Part shown: one piece after another, positions 11,686 to 23,600 of the stretch | Position numbering within the stretch: the first letter of the stretch is position 1 | Layout of the letters: every line of letters begins with the position of its first letter | Source: Macrostomum lignano | Lineage: Eukaryota | DNA length: 64,000 nucleotides | Reading direction: 5' to 3' | Assembly: GCA_002269645.1 (NCBI GenBank) | Contig: NIVC01000303.1 | Coordinates: 565,819 to 629,818 of the forward strand | Position numbers and translations under genes: made by a program | The notes under the pieces: generated by a model | What the model was told of the DNA's origin: nothing | The model's database searches: none | What the model saw: the letters and a program-made list of their open reading frames with translations, nothing else

Positions 11686-14600
11686 TGTTTGTGTGTGTGT
11701 GTTTGTGTTTGTGTGTGTGTGTTTGTTTGTGTACATTGTGTACATTTGCGTACATGTGGTCCTATATACCGGAAATTGCGTACATTTATGCGTACAATTA
11801 TGTCTATGCGCTACATTGTGTGTAGTTCGTTGCCCTGCGTTTGTAAATACAGTTTAGTCCGTGCACTGCATTGATGCCTACTTTTGTGTTAGGTACCTGC
11901 TTTTTATTAAATACACTGCACCAAAAGCAACTTTAATCGGTACATACTGTGTTTTTGTAGAGGTGCCGGTATGCTTTTTAATACATATGTCTTTAGTGTA
12001 ATTTGGTGTGCTTCTTCAACTTGGCTCGCGAATCTTGCACTATGGCTCTCTAGTGGAAAGTACTCTTACTTGTGCTGGTTGCGGGTGATTGTAAGGCTTT
12101 CTGCTTGACTTCTTTAGTTTACTTGATGGTTAAATGAGGAGTGGGAGCTGACGCGCCTACCTCGGGGAGGAATGCAGCCCTGCGGTCTGATGCAGCGCTT
12201 TCTGTTACCCCTCTCCGTCCGCACTGTACTTGGTCTCCGCTACGATCACCCCTTGGGGTTAAGAGTGGGCGGGTCCTTTGTACTCGACCCTGGGTTAAAA
12301 ACTCACATTTGGAGGCTCTGGGGAGAGTTGCAGTGGAGTTCAACAAATTTCTGATAAGATCTCTTGCGGGGGCATGACACTCGTCTCGAAATAATAAAAA
12401 CCTGAACAAGTGCTGGATGTCCTTACTAGTTGGCGGGTTGTTACCTCTACAATTGTGTACTATTTCTGTCAATATTTTCCCCTGCATTATGTCAATATGT
12501 GCTACAGGGTGTCATAATATGATACTTTTACGCACTAATATGTACACTCGTATCATAATTTTCCTGCATTGTGTCTGCTTCTACATCTACGATGTGTGTA
12601 TTTTAACCTATCCCCCGATATATAATATGTGCCTGCGATGTGTGGTAATATGCCGAAATGTACATGTACAAAATCAATAGTGTGTATATACGTCTGCATC
12701 GTTTTTGTCTATGTTTTAATAATATACACCTGCATTATACTGGCTTTCCATATGAGTGGCAACTCCTTTGTAACCTACAATTCGTTGGCTCAGTGTTAGT
12801 GGTATTTTGTAATTAAATTACTACGTCTAAATGTTGTATTATTATTGAATTCAATTATTATTGAATTTCACTCCTCATGTGCTAGGGAGGTCTAATTGTA
12901 ATATAATCTTGCTATTAATCTACCATCTCTACTGTAAGTAGACTGTGACTTGGTGTCTGGGCTCGAGTTGTGTACTCTTTGTATGAATGCATTCTTGGTG
13001 TGTAACTCCTGACCATCCCTTCCCTCTGGGAGCACTGCAGGTAGACTAGTATGGCTTGGTATTCAGGGCTGGCGTGTGCACGTAATACTCTGTAATATTT
13101 ACCGGACTCGGGTGGGGAAGCTCGCTGTACGGCTCTCTCCGTGGGGTGTGATTCACCGCCTCTCTGTCCCGCGCCTCCTGCCAGGGCAGCTCTCCCTGTG
13201 GGGGTGACTTACACACTGCCTCTCTGTCCCGCGCCGCGTGCTGCGACATGCCGGGTAGCGTCCTCTATCTCCTACTGCCTCCACGCACTCTCTGTCCCCC
13301 TCCTGCTACAGGAGGGCTGGTTGCTCGCTGTACAGGGCAGCGTCAGCATCTGGGTTTCCTTCCTGCACCGTCTACCCCACCACTATACTGACTAACCGCA
13401 TGCACACGACATTGGTGGGAGGGGCTGAGTTCCCACTGACGGGTGTACACCTACTCGACGCTGAAGGTACACTTGCTGAACGCCCACCCTGTCAGATGTA
13501 CACTTGCTGAACACCCATCCTGTCAGATGTACACTCGCTGGACGCCCACCCTGCCGGATGTACACCCCGCCGTCCCTTCCCTCCAGGAGCACTGCAAGTA
13601 GACTAGTATGGCTTGGTATTCGGAGTTGGTGTGTGTACGTAATATACTCTTTGTAATATTTACTTGACCTGGGTTTGTAAGTTCTAATAACATATAAATG
13701 ACTACTGCTGACTAGTTGACGCATCTGGATGGTGTGATAAAAACTAGTAACGTACCGCGATTTCGAGAGAAATCCTAGCACAATACTGTTCTGTCCGGCA
13801 TGTGGAAAAGTATTTGCCCCGCCTTCGCTTACTCATACTGCACACAGACAAAGCTTATCTCTATTAGCAATCTGTTCGTGGTGGTTTAGAAGGATACTGT
13901 CTTCCTGTATATAGCTCTCTATCCCTTCATCACTCGTAATAACTTCATAAATGCTCGCTTGACCAATGGCTGGTACTGAACTAATAATTCATACGATACA
14001 TAATGGTTAATACTTTCTAACTCCGTACAGCTCACAAGTTTCTACTCTCTACCTTATCAGTAACATTAAAATAAAAAGGTAAAATTTGCTGGTTTTGTGC
14101 CTTGTTTGCTTACTTTTCTATTAAAATACTTGCGGTTTATAATTGAAAATGTCTGCTTTTTATTCAATTTTATGTGGTTTGAAGGTTTATTTTTGCTAAA
14201 ATGCCTGGTTTCTTATAAAAATTTCTACTCTCGACAATGATTGTGTCAGCTATTTCATTAAAATAACCTACTTTTGAATAAAACGTTGTATTTAAGCCTC
14301 TAGTTTTTTTCAAAACATAATGGAAACCCTCACAACGCCCTTGGAACCTCCTCAAGCAGCTTACATAGAGCATGCAGACCCCGAAACCCCTCTAGTGTGC
14401 CCTGATTTCAGCGGTCTGACGGTTAAGATCTGTATTTTTACACTATATTTTCCTTCATGCAGCAATACAGGAGGGTTTGGTAGAGTGAGTCTGGCGGGAG
14501 AGGGGGCTTGTGGGGTGATGAGGATGCGTACACACAGTTTAGCCTGTTTTAGTCTACCTTTTGGGCTAATATGCTTACTATTATTACTACTATTATACCT

Positions 14601-17600
14601 ACTATGTACATACTATTATACTACCCACTATTAAACATGTTGCACTAAAACCAACTTTTGAAAATACATAGCGTGTTTTGGTCGATTCTCCCTCACGTCT
14701 CTGTCCCTACACATGTGCTCTGCTCGCTTTGGTCTCTGCTTGTGTACCTCTCTGTAACGTCTCTGTATGCTCTGACTGGTTTCTCCGTCCCCGCACGCGC
14801 CGCTACTAAAGTTTGCTGTTACCTACCCCTACACACTGCTCTCTGTCTCCCTCCGCGCACACCTCTCTGGCCTTGCATGCAACTTGCATGTCTGCTCCCC
14901 TGTCCTGCCCTCGCGTGGCTCCCTGCCTATACATAGCTACAGGACCCTACCTCTGTGCCTTGCTCGGAACTCTGTCCCAGGCCCCCCTTCATACTTCTCT
15001 GTCCCGGGCTGCAACTGGCTGACACGCGCCTCTCTGTTCCCCAGCCTGCGTGGCTGCCTACCCCTGCACACTGCTCTCTGTCCCCCTCCGCGCCTCTCTA
15101 TCATCCTATTCCTGCAGCTGACCGTGCCGTTCAGCTCTGTCCACGCACGGCTCCACCCCTGCCCGTGTCTCACTGTACCGCCCTGTGTGGCTCCCTTACC
15201 CTGCGCGTTTGCTTCCTATCTCCCTCCTGCTCCATATGTTTCTGTTCCCTCACACTACGCACACGTGGCTGGCTCTCTGTCCAAACACATCTCTGCTCCT
15301 CCACTCTATCCTCGCGTGGCCCCTTGACGGTTCGCATGCCCCTGCATACCCTGCCTGCCTCTCTGTCCCCTGCAACTGGGGAGGGAGCTCTCTATCCTCT
15401 GTATGGCTTTCTCTGTGGGGTGTGTGTGACTCACACTACCTCTCTGTCCTAGCATGCGCCTCTCTATCCGGCTCCTGCAGCAGGCTGTGTTATTCACATC
15501 TCTTTCCACCCACCCTCTGCCCGTACACGCTCAGTGTACAGGGCTGCGTCAGCATCGGGGTTAAAACTTCTCGCTCCCTATGCTTCAACAGTATAACAAC
15601 CTAGTGGCTGGTTCTCTGTCCGCGCCACCCCTCTCTGCCCGTACACTCTCACTGTACAGGGCTGCGTCAGCGTTAGGGTTGAAACTTCTCGCTCCCTATA
15701 CCCCACAACCGTGTAGTGTCCTAGTATGGGCGCGACCTGGGTTCGATTTCGCTAGTTGAGATGTAGGTGAGAGAGGGGAAGAGGCCCGTATCGATGACTA
15801 CATATCGGTGTACACACATATCGGGGGAGTGTACACTCGGGCGCCTGCTGCATACATATCGGTGTACATATAGGGAGAGTGCGCATACATATCGGGAGGG
15901 GCGCCTGAGACGGGGAGGGCGCCTGCGGCATACATGTCGGGGAGGGCGCGTGCGGCGGGGAGGGGCGCCTGCTGCATGGGCGCCTGCGGCTCGGGAGGGT
16001 GCGCTTGGGATCTGATTGATTTGGGATCTGATTGATTTGGGATCTGATTGATTTATTGGGATCTAATATCGGTAGGTGCGCCTGCGGCTGGGGAGGGTCG
16101 CCGGTGGCTCGGGAGGGTCGCCTGCGGCTGGACGGCGCTTGGCGCCACGCGCCTGCGGCGCGCGCGCGCCGAGCGCCGATATCGATACGGGTATCGATCA
16201 CCTAGTGATCGGGGCGCCAGCCAATGAGAGGCGAGGAGGGTTGACACCCACCCCACCTCCAAAATCAACACATACGGAATCCCTTAGTAGTTATGAGGAC
16301 TAGTACAAGAGCCCCCTTAAGGGGAATGTACTTGATCTCGTACTATATAGTTTTGTAAGTGGCTATTAACTGCAAGCAAAATTTTATGAAAATTAAAAAA
16401 ATCAAGTAGACAAAAGCAATCTGTTTGATTCTGTACACTCTTTGTACGAATTCGTGTGTGAGTTGAAAGCTCAGTGAAATGGCCATAACGGCTCCCCGTT
16501 GGAAAAGTTATGCACCTGCAGAGGCATAAAAGGTGAACGAGGTGCACAAAAGAGGCACTTTGGTGGTCTATTTCGTGTGTGTTTTGGAAATGCACCTGAG
16601 TGCACCTTTTATGCCTAAATGTCACCAATATTTTTGAAAAGAGGCATGAAAGGTGTAAAATAGGTGAAGTGGTCAGGCAGTAGGTGAATTCTCAATTTTG
16701 ATTGGTTGCGGCGGTAGGGGCAGTAAAGGTGTATAAGGGGCACTGGAGGTGCGCAAAAGGTGAAGAGTAGGCTCACAAGTGAGGCACATCAGGTGCACCA
16801 GAGGTGCTGAAGGGGCGCAGAAAGCGCGTGAAAGGTGAATTAGAGGTGCATAAGGTGTACATATGCGGCGTAAATATGTATACAGGTGCATTTCCAAAAC
16901 ACGCTCGAAATTATAGACCCCTAAAGTGCCTCTTCTGTGCACCTCGCTCACCTTTCATGCCTATGCACGAATATTAACGCATTAAGAATTCGTAACAAAA
17001 AATTAACTGAGAGTTACATATATGCTAATCGCTGTTATCCCCTTCCTAATCCTGACAAACCACGAAAAAACATTTCCAAAACTGATCACCTTTCGTGCCT
17101 CCAGTGCACACTGTACACCTTTTCTGCACCTCCACCGCAGCACACCTTTTTTCACCTTTCACTCCTCCAATGCCCCCAATTCCTATTTTATTCACCTTTT
17201 GTGCCTCAACGCACACTGTGCACCTTTTATGCACCTAACTCACCTATGACACCTGTGCCCCTACCGCCTATTTCGTGCCTTAAATTCACCTTCCGCCCCT
17301 GCAGAGGCACTCAGGTGAACAAAAGGTGCACAAGTGGCATAAAAAAGGCATAGGAGAGGCCAAAGTGAGGCAGAAGGTGCAAAACTCTTCACCTTTTATG
17401 CCTACTTTAAAAACTCAAAATCCAACGGGCTCGCCTCTTAATCTGAGGCGGTGCCCTAAACGCCCCCTCCCCCAGCAACTAAGAAGATTAATGATTCTCA
17501 TTACCTGAACAATCTGTCCGCCAAGAACATTCTGGCACAGGTAGGTGCGCTCGGCAGTTTCAAATGCGGGCATTGGCACCTCTTCAATCTCCATAGCCGG

Positions 17601-20600
17601 ATCGCAGGGCGAACAGCTCATTAATAGAGTCTTGGTCTGATTCTGGAAGGTGATAATGATGAAGTTATCGAAGCTGCTGCCAGCTGTTCGCAGATTCCAG
17701 ACACCTTTGATGCCAGCCAAATCGATGTTAACCATCTCGTTGATGCCGACTCCGCTGCGAATGATTCTCAGACTGCCGTCCTTGAATGCGCCCGAACATG
17801 TGACTAGCTGTCCCTGGCCCAGGTTGTCAATGTCAACAACTGCCATGTCAACCACTGGAGCAATATTGACAAAGCTTTCCAATACGCTGACAAAATTGCC
17901 CGAACTATCGGCCTCTACTAGTAGGCGAATCAATTGACTGTCGCCAAAACGGGAGCCAATGAAAACAACATTGTTGTCAAGGTAACTGATTGTCTCCGGT
18001 ATAGAAATTTCGCCGAGTAGTTCAACCTGGAAATGTTTTTACATTGAAGTCAGTTGTAGTAATTAGATGCCGAGGCAATTATTTCATAGTTACTCCCGCC
18101 GTTTACCCAGCAGGAATAGACTTGATCCTGCTAGTTAGAACAAGTTCTAACAAAACAATAAAACTGAGCTAAAATGTAATTTTAAACACCAACAGACCTT
18201 CATATCTTTGACTCGGTCGCCTTCCCTCTCTAGAAACAGCATGAACAGCCGGCCGGCCATGTCGCCCAATAGGAATCGATTGCAATCTAATCGATCAAAG
18301 GCCAGCATTGGCGAAGTTCGAATCACTGGCGGAGCGATGGTTTTTAATGAGCCGTCCTTTGAACGGATTGTCACGGTCTCTTGGCCTACTATTAGTAGGC
18401 CCGGATGCGGCATTGGCAGCGGAATTAGCATAGATGCCTGTCAATGGAAATGAGTAATTTAACAATTAGTTGAGTTTCTTAAGAAGCACAAGAGCCAATA
18501 ATCGGGTAAGTCGGACCAGTTTCTTAGAAAGCGATTTCATAGAATGGCGAGGTGATTGGTTTCTTACAAATATTTGATAAATGATTTCTTAGAATGACAA
18601 CGTAGTTTATTTCTTAGAATTGCTTGAATATTTATTTAAATGGCTGGGTATTTTTTGAATTGCTAGGTAAGTGATGCATTAGAATTGCTGGGTGAGTGAT
18701 TTCTTAGAATCTCCGGGTAAGTAATTCCTTAGAATCTCCAGTTAAGTGATTCCTTAGAATCTCCAGTTAAGTGATTCCTTAGAATCTCCAGGTAAGTGAT
18801 TCCTTAAAATCTCCAGGTAAGTTATTTCTTAGAATCGCTGGGAAAGTGATTTCTTAGAATTTGTGGGTAAGTGATTTCTTAGAATCGCTGGGTATGTGAT
18901 TTCTTAGAACTTGTGGGTAAGTGATTTCTTAGAATTTCTGGGTAAGTGATTTCTTAGAATTTCTGGGTAAGTGATTCCTTAGCATTGCGGGCTAAGTGGT
19001 TTTCTAAAATAAGAATTGCTTTGTAAAAGCGATTTCTCGAATGAACATTAGAAATCGATGTGGCTAATTAATAGATAATCAAATATGCAAGTTTTTGTAC
19101 CTGCGCTTGAATAGAATCGATTTTCCAAGGCCCCGGCGCCAGATCTCTGGTGTCGCAATTGATTTCCACAGTTTTCAGATGACGCCCCACAGAATCCTGA
19201 GTTATATAGGCAATCGTAGGATTCACTCCGTCGATGAAAGTCATATCGACCAAGTCGATCTCTTCGATTCGAACATTGAAAGCTTTCAACGTGTCCGATC
19301 CGGCCTCCGGATTGTAGGGTTTCTGAACAAAGGACACTGGAATAACCTTCAGTAGGCCTTCGTATAGTTGCAGAGCCACTACACGACCGCGAGGATCCAC
19401 AATGCCCAGCGGGCCGTTCTCAGATTGTCTACCAATTCGTTCGTGCAGATTGCCAGAGGCCAGGGTCACCACCTTCAGGCAGTGGCTGTTGTCAGCTAAA
19501 TAATCACCAGCAGCCTCAGTAGCTTCCATCGCTAACGAGCCAGCGTTGTCTACCTGGCATTCCAGTATCATGGCATCTTTCTTCTGTGTCAGCAGGAAAA
19601 TCAAGTCGGTGCCAGATGTTCGACCCTGCGCGAAAGAAATAAAAAGTATTTCAAAGAAAGATCTAGGAGTATTGCAGACTGTTCTTTTGGAACATAATAC
19701 TTAGACACGATGTGGCAAATTTACAGTGCTACTTGGCATCCAAATAAGGGTTGTAGTCTAGTGGTTAGAGCGTCGAAGTCATGACTGAAGGGCTGGGGGT
19801 TCGATTTTCGACCCACTCGGAGCAATTTGTGTTCCTGAGCAAGACACTGAACTCTGAATTGCTTCATTTCACCCAGCAGTAAAATGAGTACTCAGCATTA
19901 TTACCTTAATGGAGTAATTGAAGGTGTATGCAACCTTCAGATATGCTGCACAATAGCAGCAGCAGAGTTGTTGGTTGCACATTATGGCAGGTGTAAAAAT
20001 TATTACTATTATCAGCATCCTGGGGTCTAAATTCGTGACGCCAAGTTGAAAAAGTTCAAAGTCAAATAAAATACATACTAAGCTACTCTGACCCACAGAA
20101 GTCTGCAGACTCTATACTTACAGATTACTTGAATCTGACAGATGATATATGAATTGAAATTCCAAAAATTATTAAATGGCATCTAGCTTGGATAAAACAG
20201 GGTACGATTTGGCGTCTGGAGTTGACATGCTATGACACAGAAACCCAGCTTACAATACTAGATAATAAAATAGATACCTGAGGCTGAAATCCAAGCAGTA
20301 CACTGATCTTGCCATATATAGAGATCTCCTTAATAGTCTTGACACCACTGGAGCTGACAACATGTAACTCGAGAGTGTTGTGCTTGGCAACTAGCAAATT
20401 TCTATAATTATTGCCAGTAAAATGACCTGTTGTTGAGTTGATGTTATGATTAATTATTATTAAGTATAAGTGATATATATAACTTATCAAAAGCAATATA
20501 AACTTGAAAAAGATGATATCAAAACAAAAAATAGGCCTGAAAAATGTTACTTTTACAAACTAGGAAATAAAAAAATGCTTAAAAGCCCACTAAAATAAAA

Positions 20601-23600
20601 TAAAACACTACCAAACCTTTGTAAGTTGAGAACTTGAAAAGCCCAATAAATCAAAGTATAAGCAAATAAACTAAAATACTATATTTTAGCCAAGGTCCAA
20701 ACTACCAGGTACATTAGACACCCCCTTTGAATACTTAATTGTGCCAACATGCCAGACTGTGTCTATATAACTAGGAGTCAATCCCCATAAGACAATGTCT
20801 ACAATAATGGCCATTGGCTGCAATAAGGATTTAAAATACATTTTTCTATTTTTCTTTTATTTTTGACCTATATACCCTTTTAAAATTTTTGGTATTTGGT
20901 TAGATTGATTTTGCAACAAACTCTTTATGGCCACCATCACCTAGCTAAGTTAGCTGAATATTTAACATATATAAATAAATAGCAGAATAAGTTTTAGTCT
21001 TTAAATAGGTTAGCCTTATAAATAACAAGCCTTTGAAATAGCCAAAATTCAGTCAAAAACCATAAGAATGAAAGAATTATTCATTTATTACTTTACATCA
21101 ATGGTGGTGCAGCACCTCCCATTGGAGGAGGGGGAGTGGTAGTTAGGTGGTCACCCCCTCTCCTAGTAAATTTTCAGAATTAGAGCAGCCCATTATGCTA
21201 AAATCTCACAAAACTGAATATAATAAGCTTGTAATAAAAAATCATAGTGGGTCACCCCACAAAATGATAGGAAAGTAGTCACCCCTAGGGGAGTAAGAAG
21301 GTGGTCACCTAGAATCAATAGCCCTCTACCCCCCACCTGTGCCCCCACTGCTCTATATTGCATTCCAATATAGATTAGTACCAATAATGTTTCTAGACAA
21401 ACTTAAAACATTAAATAAAAAAGGATATACCAAAAAATTAATATGAAAATATTATATTATTGAACAAAATTATTATAATACAAAAACATTTATTATATAA
21501 TATATATTTGGCGAAATCCAAAAACGTGGGATAAAGCAGTAAAACAAATCTGCAGACTTTGAATGGAAGGTAATGTATTGGAAAAAAGCATTTTAAAGGA
21601 CAGGTAAGTCTTTAAAAAAAGTTCAGGACACAAACTTAGGAGAAAGAATTCTGTGTTTAACTTTTTACTTTTTTTAAAAAGAACAAGCAGTTCAAAAGAT
21701 TTTGAACTTTTTCTAAAACAACGTAAACTCTCAAAAACTCAATACTAACTCAAAGCGCAAACTTTGCCAGCAAACCTTTTTCTCCCAAAGTAAATATACT
21801 ACTTATTTCTTGTTGCAAAATAATCTTTAAGATGTCTTCTTTGATTTAAGTATTGACTTGTATGGTATTGTTCATAAATAGGCCCATATTCACACTATTC
21901 AGGCTTTAAAAATTTCAGTGAAAAATTTCAGACCACAAAATTTAAATCCGGAAATCAAATCAAATGCATCCTATAGACAAAGTAAGCAATGAAATATCAT
22001 AAACCTACACTTAAATATGCATCATTGCAGCATACATGCAGGAAAAAAAGAATTTCTGAAATTGCTTTAGTAGAAGCTAAGTAAAATGTAATTTTCTGAT
22101 CCTTATGGGAATTTTAATGTGTTTCCCAGCTTCCAAATCAGATGCTTACTATACGCATATTAATCAACAAAGAACAATGAAATTACACTTAAATATGTAT
22201 AATCGCGGCATGTATTCAGGAAAAAAAGAATTTCTCAAATCGCTTTAGTAGAAGCTGAGTAAAATGCAATTTTCTCATCCTTATGGAAATTTGTATGCTT
22301 AAAAAGAAACTTATGTTGAATGCAGTATTTATTGCAGACGAACTCTACAAAATACACATTGTCATAGTAATGAAAATGATAAACAAATAAACTCTCAAAA
22401 GAATGTTAAATATGTAGTAAAATTATAGAAATTAATAGTAAAGAATACTGAAAGTTAATAAATACATTATTAGAGCTTTTTTGAATTCTTTTTATTAGCA
22501 GTTATTTTAGTCGTAATTTAATTTACCGTTTTAACAAATCATCTTATTAAAGATAAGACAATACGTTATTGATTTTTGCTTTTATAGATGTTTGCAATTT
22601 TTTTTTAACTAAAATGAATTTATTTTTAGCTTTGTAGCTTTCGAATTGCCGAAAAATGAAATTTCAAAAAACTTGCCCCCGATTTTTGGATTTCGCCATT
22701 TAAAGTAAGTCTAATAGACTCTGTCTAACAAACTACCTAACAAAGTTAATAAATGACTAGGCTTAGGCCTAGCAGAGGATCTATATACATATTTTTTAAT
22801 CAGAAGTTTTTAGATAATAAACTCAAAATTAGTTAAAATCTAAAAAAAATTCTATTAGGGTAAGATCTCATCAACCGAACAAGGGATCTTCAAAACCGAA
22901 CATGCAAGTGACTTTCGTTTTTACTGTCTCATTGGAAATATATTTAAAGAGTCTATAAAAGTGCCATATCATTTGAAAGAAAACATTCTCATCTACAAAA
23001 TGAGATAAAGTTTAGACAATCTACTCAATAGATACTCGAGAAAATGAGCATTATTGATAGAAATTATTAAAGAAATACGCGTTTCAGAGTTTTTTCTTGA
23101 TTTGGGATGTCTGCAGAAGAATTGGTCTACAGACCACAATTTTTAACTTACATTCAAAACAAAATACTTTTTGAATTCAGTGTTAAATTTTCTACAAAGT
23201 AATATAACACACATACCAATCTGATGTATAGTTAAGCAAAAAATTCTAGTGTTCGGTTGATGATACCAAATTACATGTTCGGTTCGGTTTTCAGATTTCA
23301 GAATCATCAACCGAACAGAAGAATCTTCAAAACCGAACGAACAAAAATTGTCCAAAAAAACTTATTTCTCGCTTGATTCTTCTACCTTACATTGAATAAG
23401 ATCTTTTTTTTAAAAGAACAACTCATTTAAGCCACGTAATTGCAAATATTTTTTGCTTAAAAATGTACCTATTTTTATGCAAAATACATAGGAGGATTTT
23501 TCCATTTTGACAAAATATTCCTATTAAATGCTTTTATTTCTACTAACAGTAGCTAAAAGCGACATATAATTCCATATACATTTTCTTTTAAGAATTCTGC

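Noticed and set aside
6904-16291. Palindrome as a whole-genome-amplification or long-read fold-back chimera
   Set aside because: Such artefacts fold flanking sequence back on itself. Here both flanks are unique, DDB1 exons continue collinearly, and a 6-bp TSD brackets the exact ends. Not fully excluded without raw reads.
19748-19830. Functional tRNA gene
   Set aside because: A and B boxes are present but the cloverleaf acceptor stem does not close, and the sequence continues into a SINE-like body.
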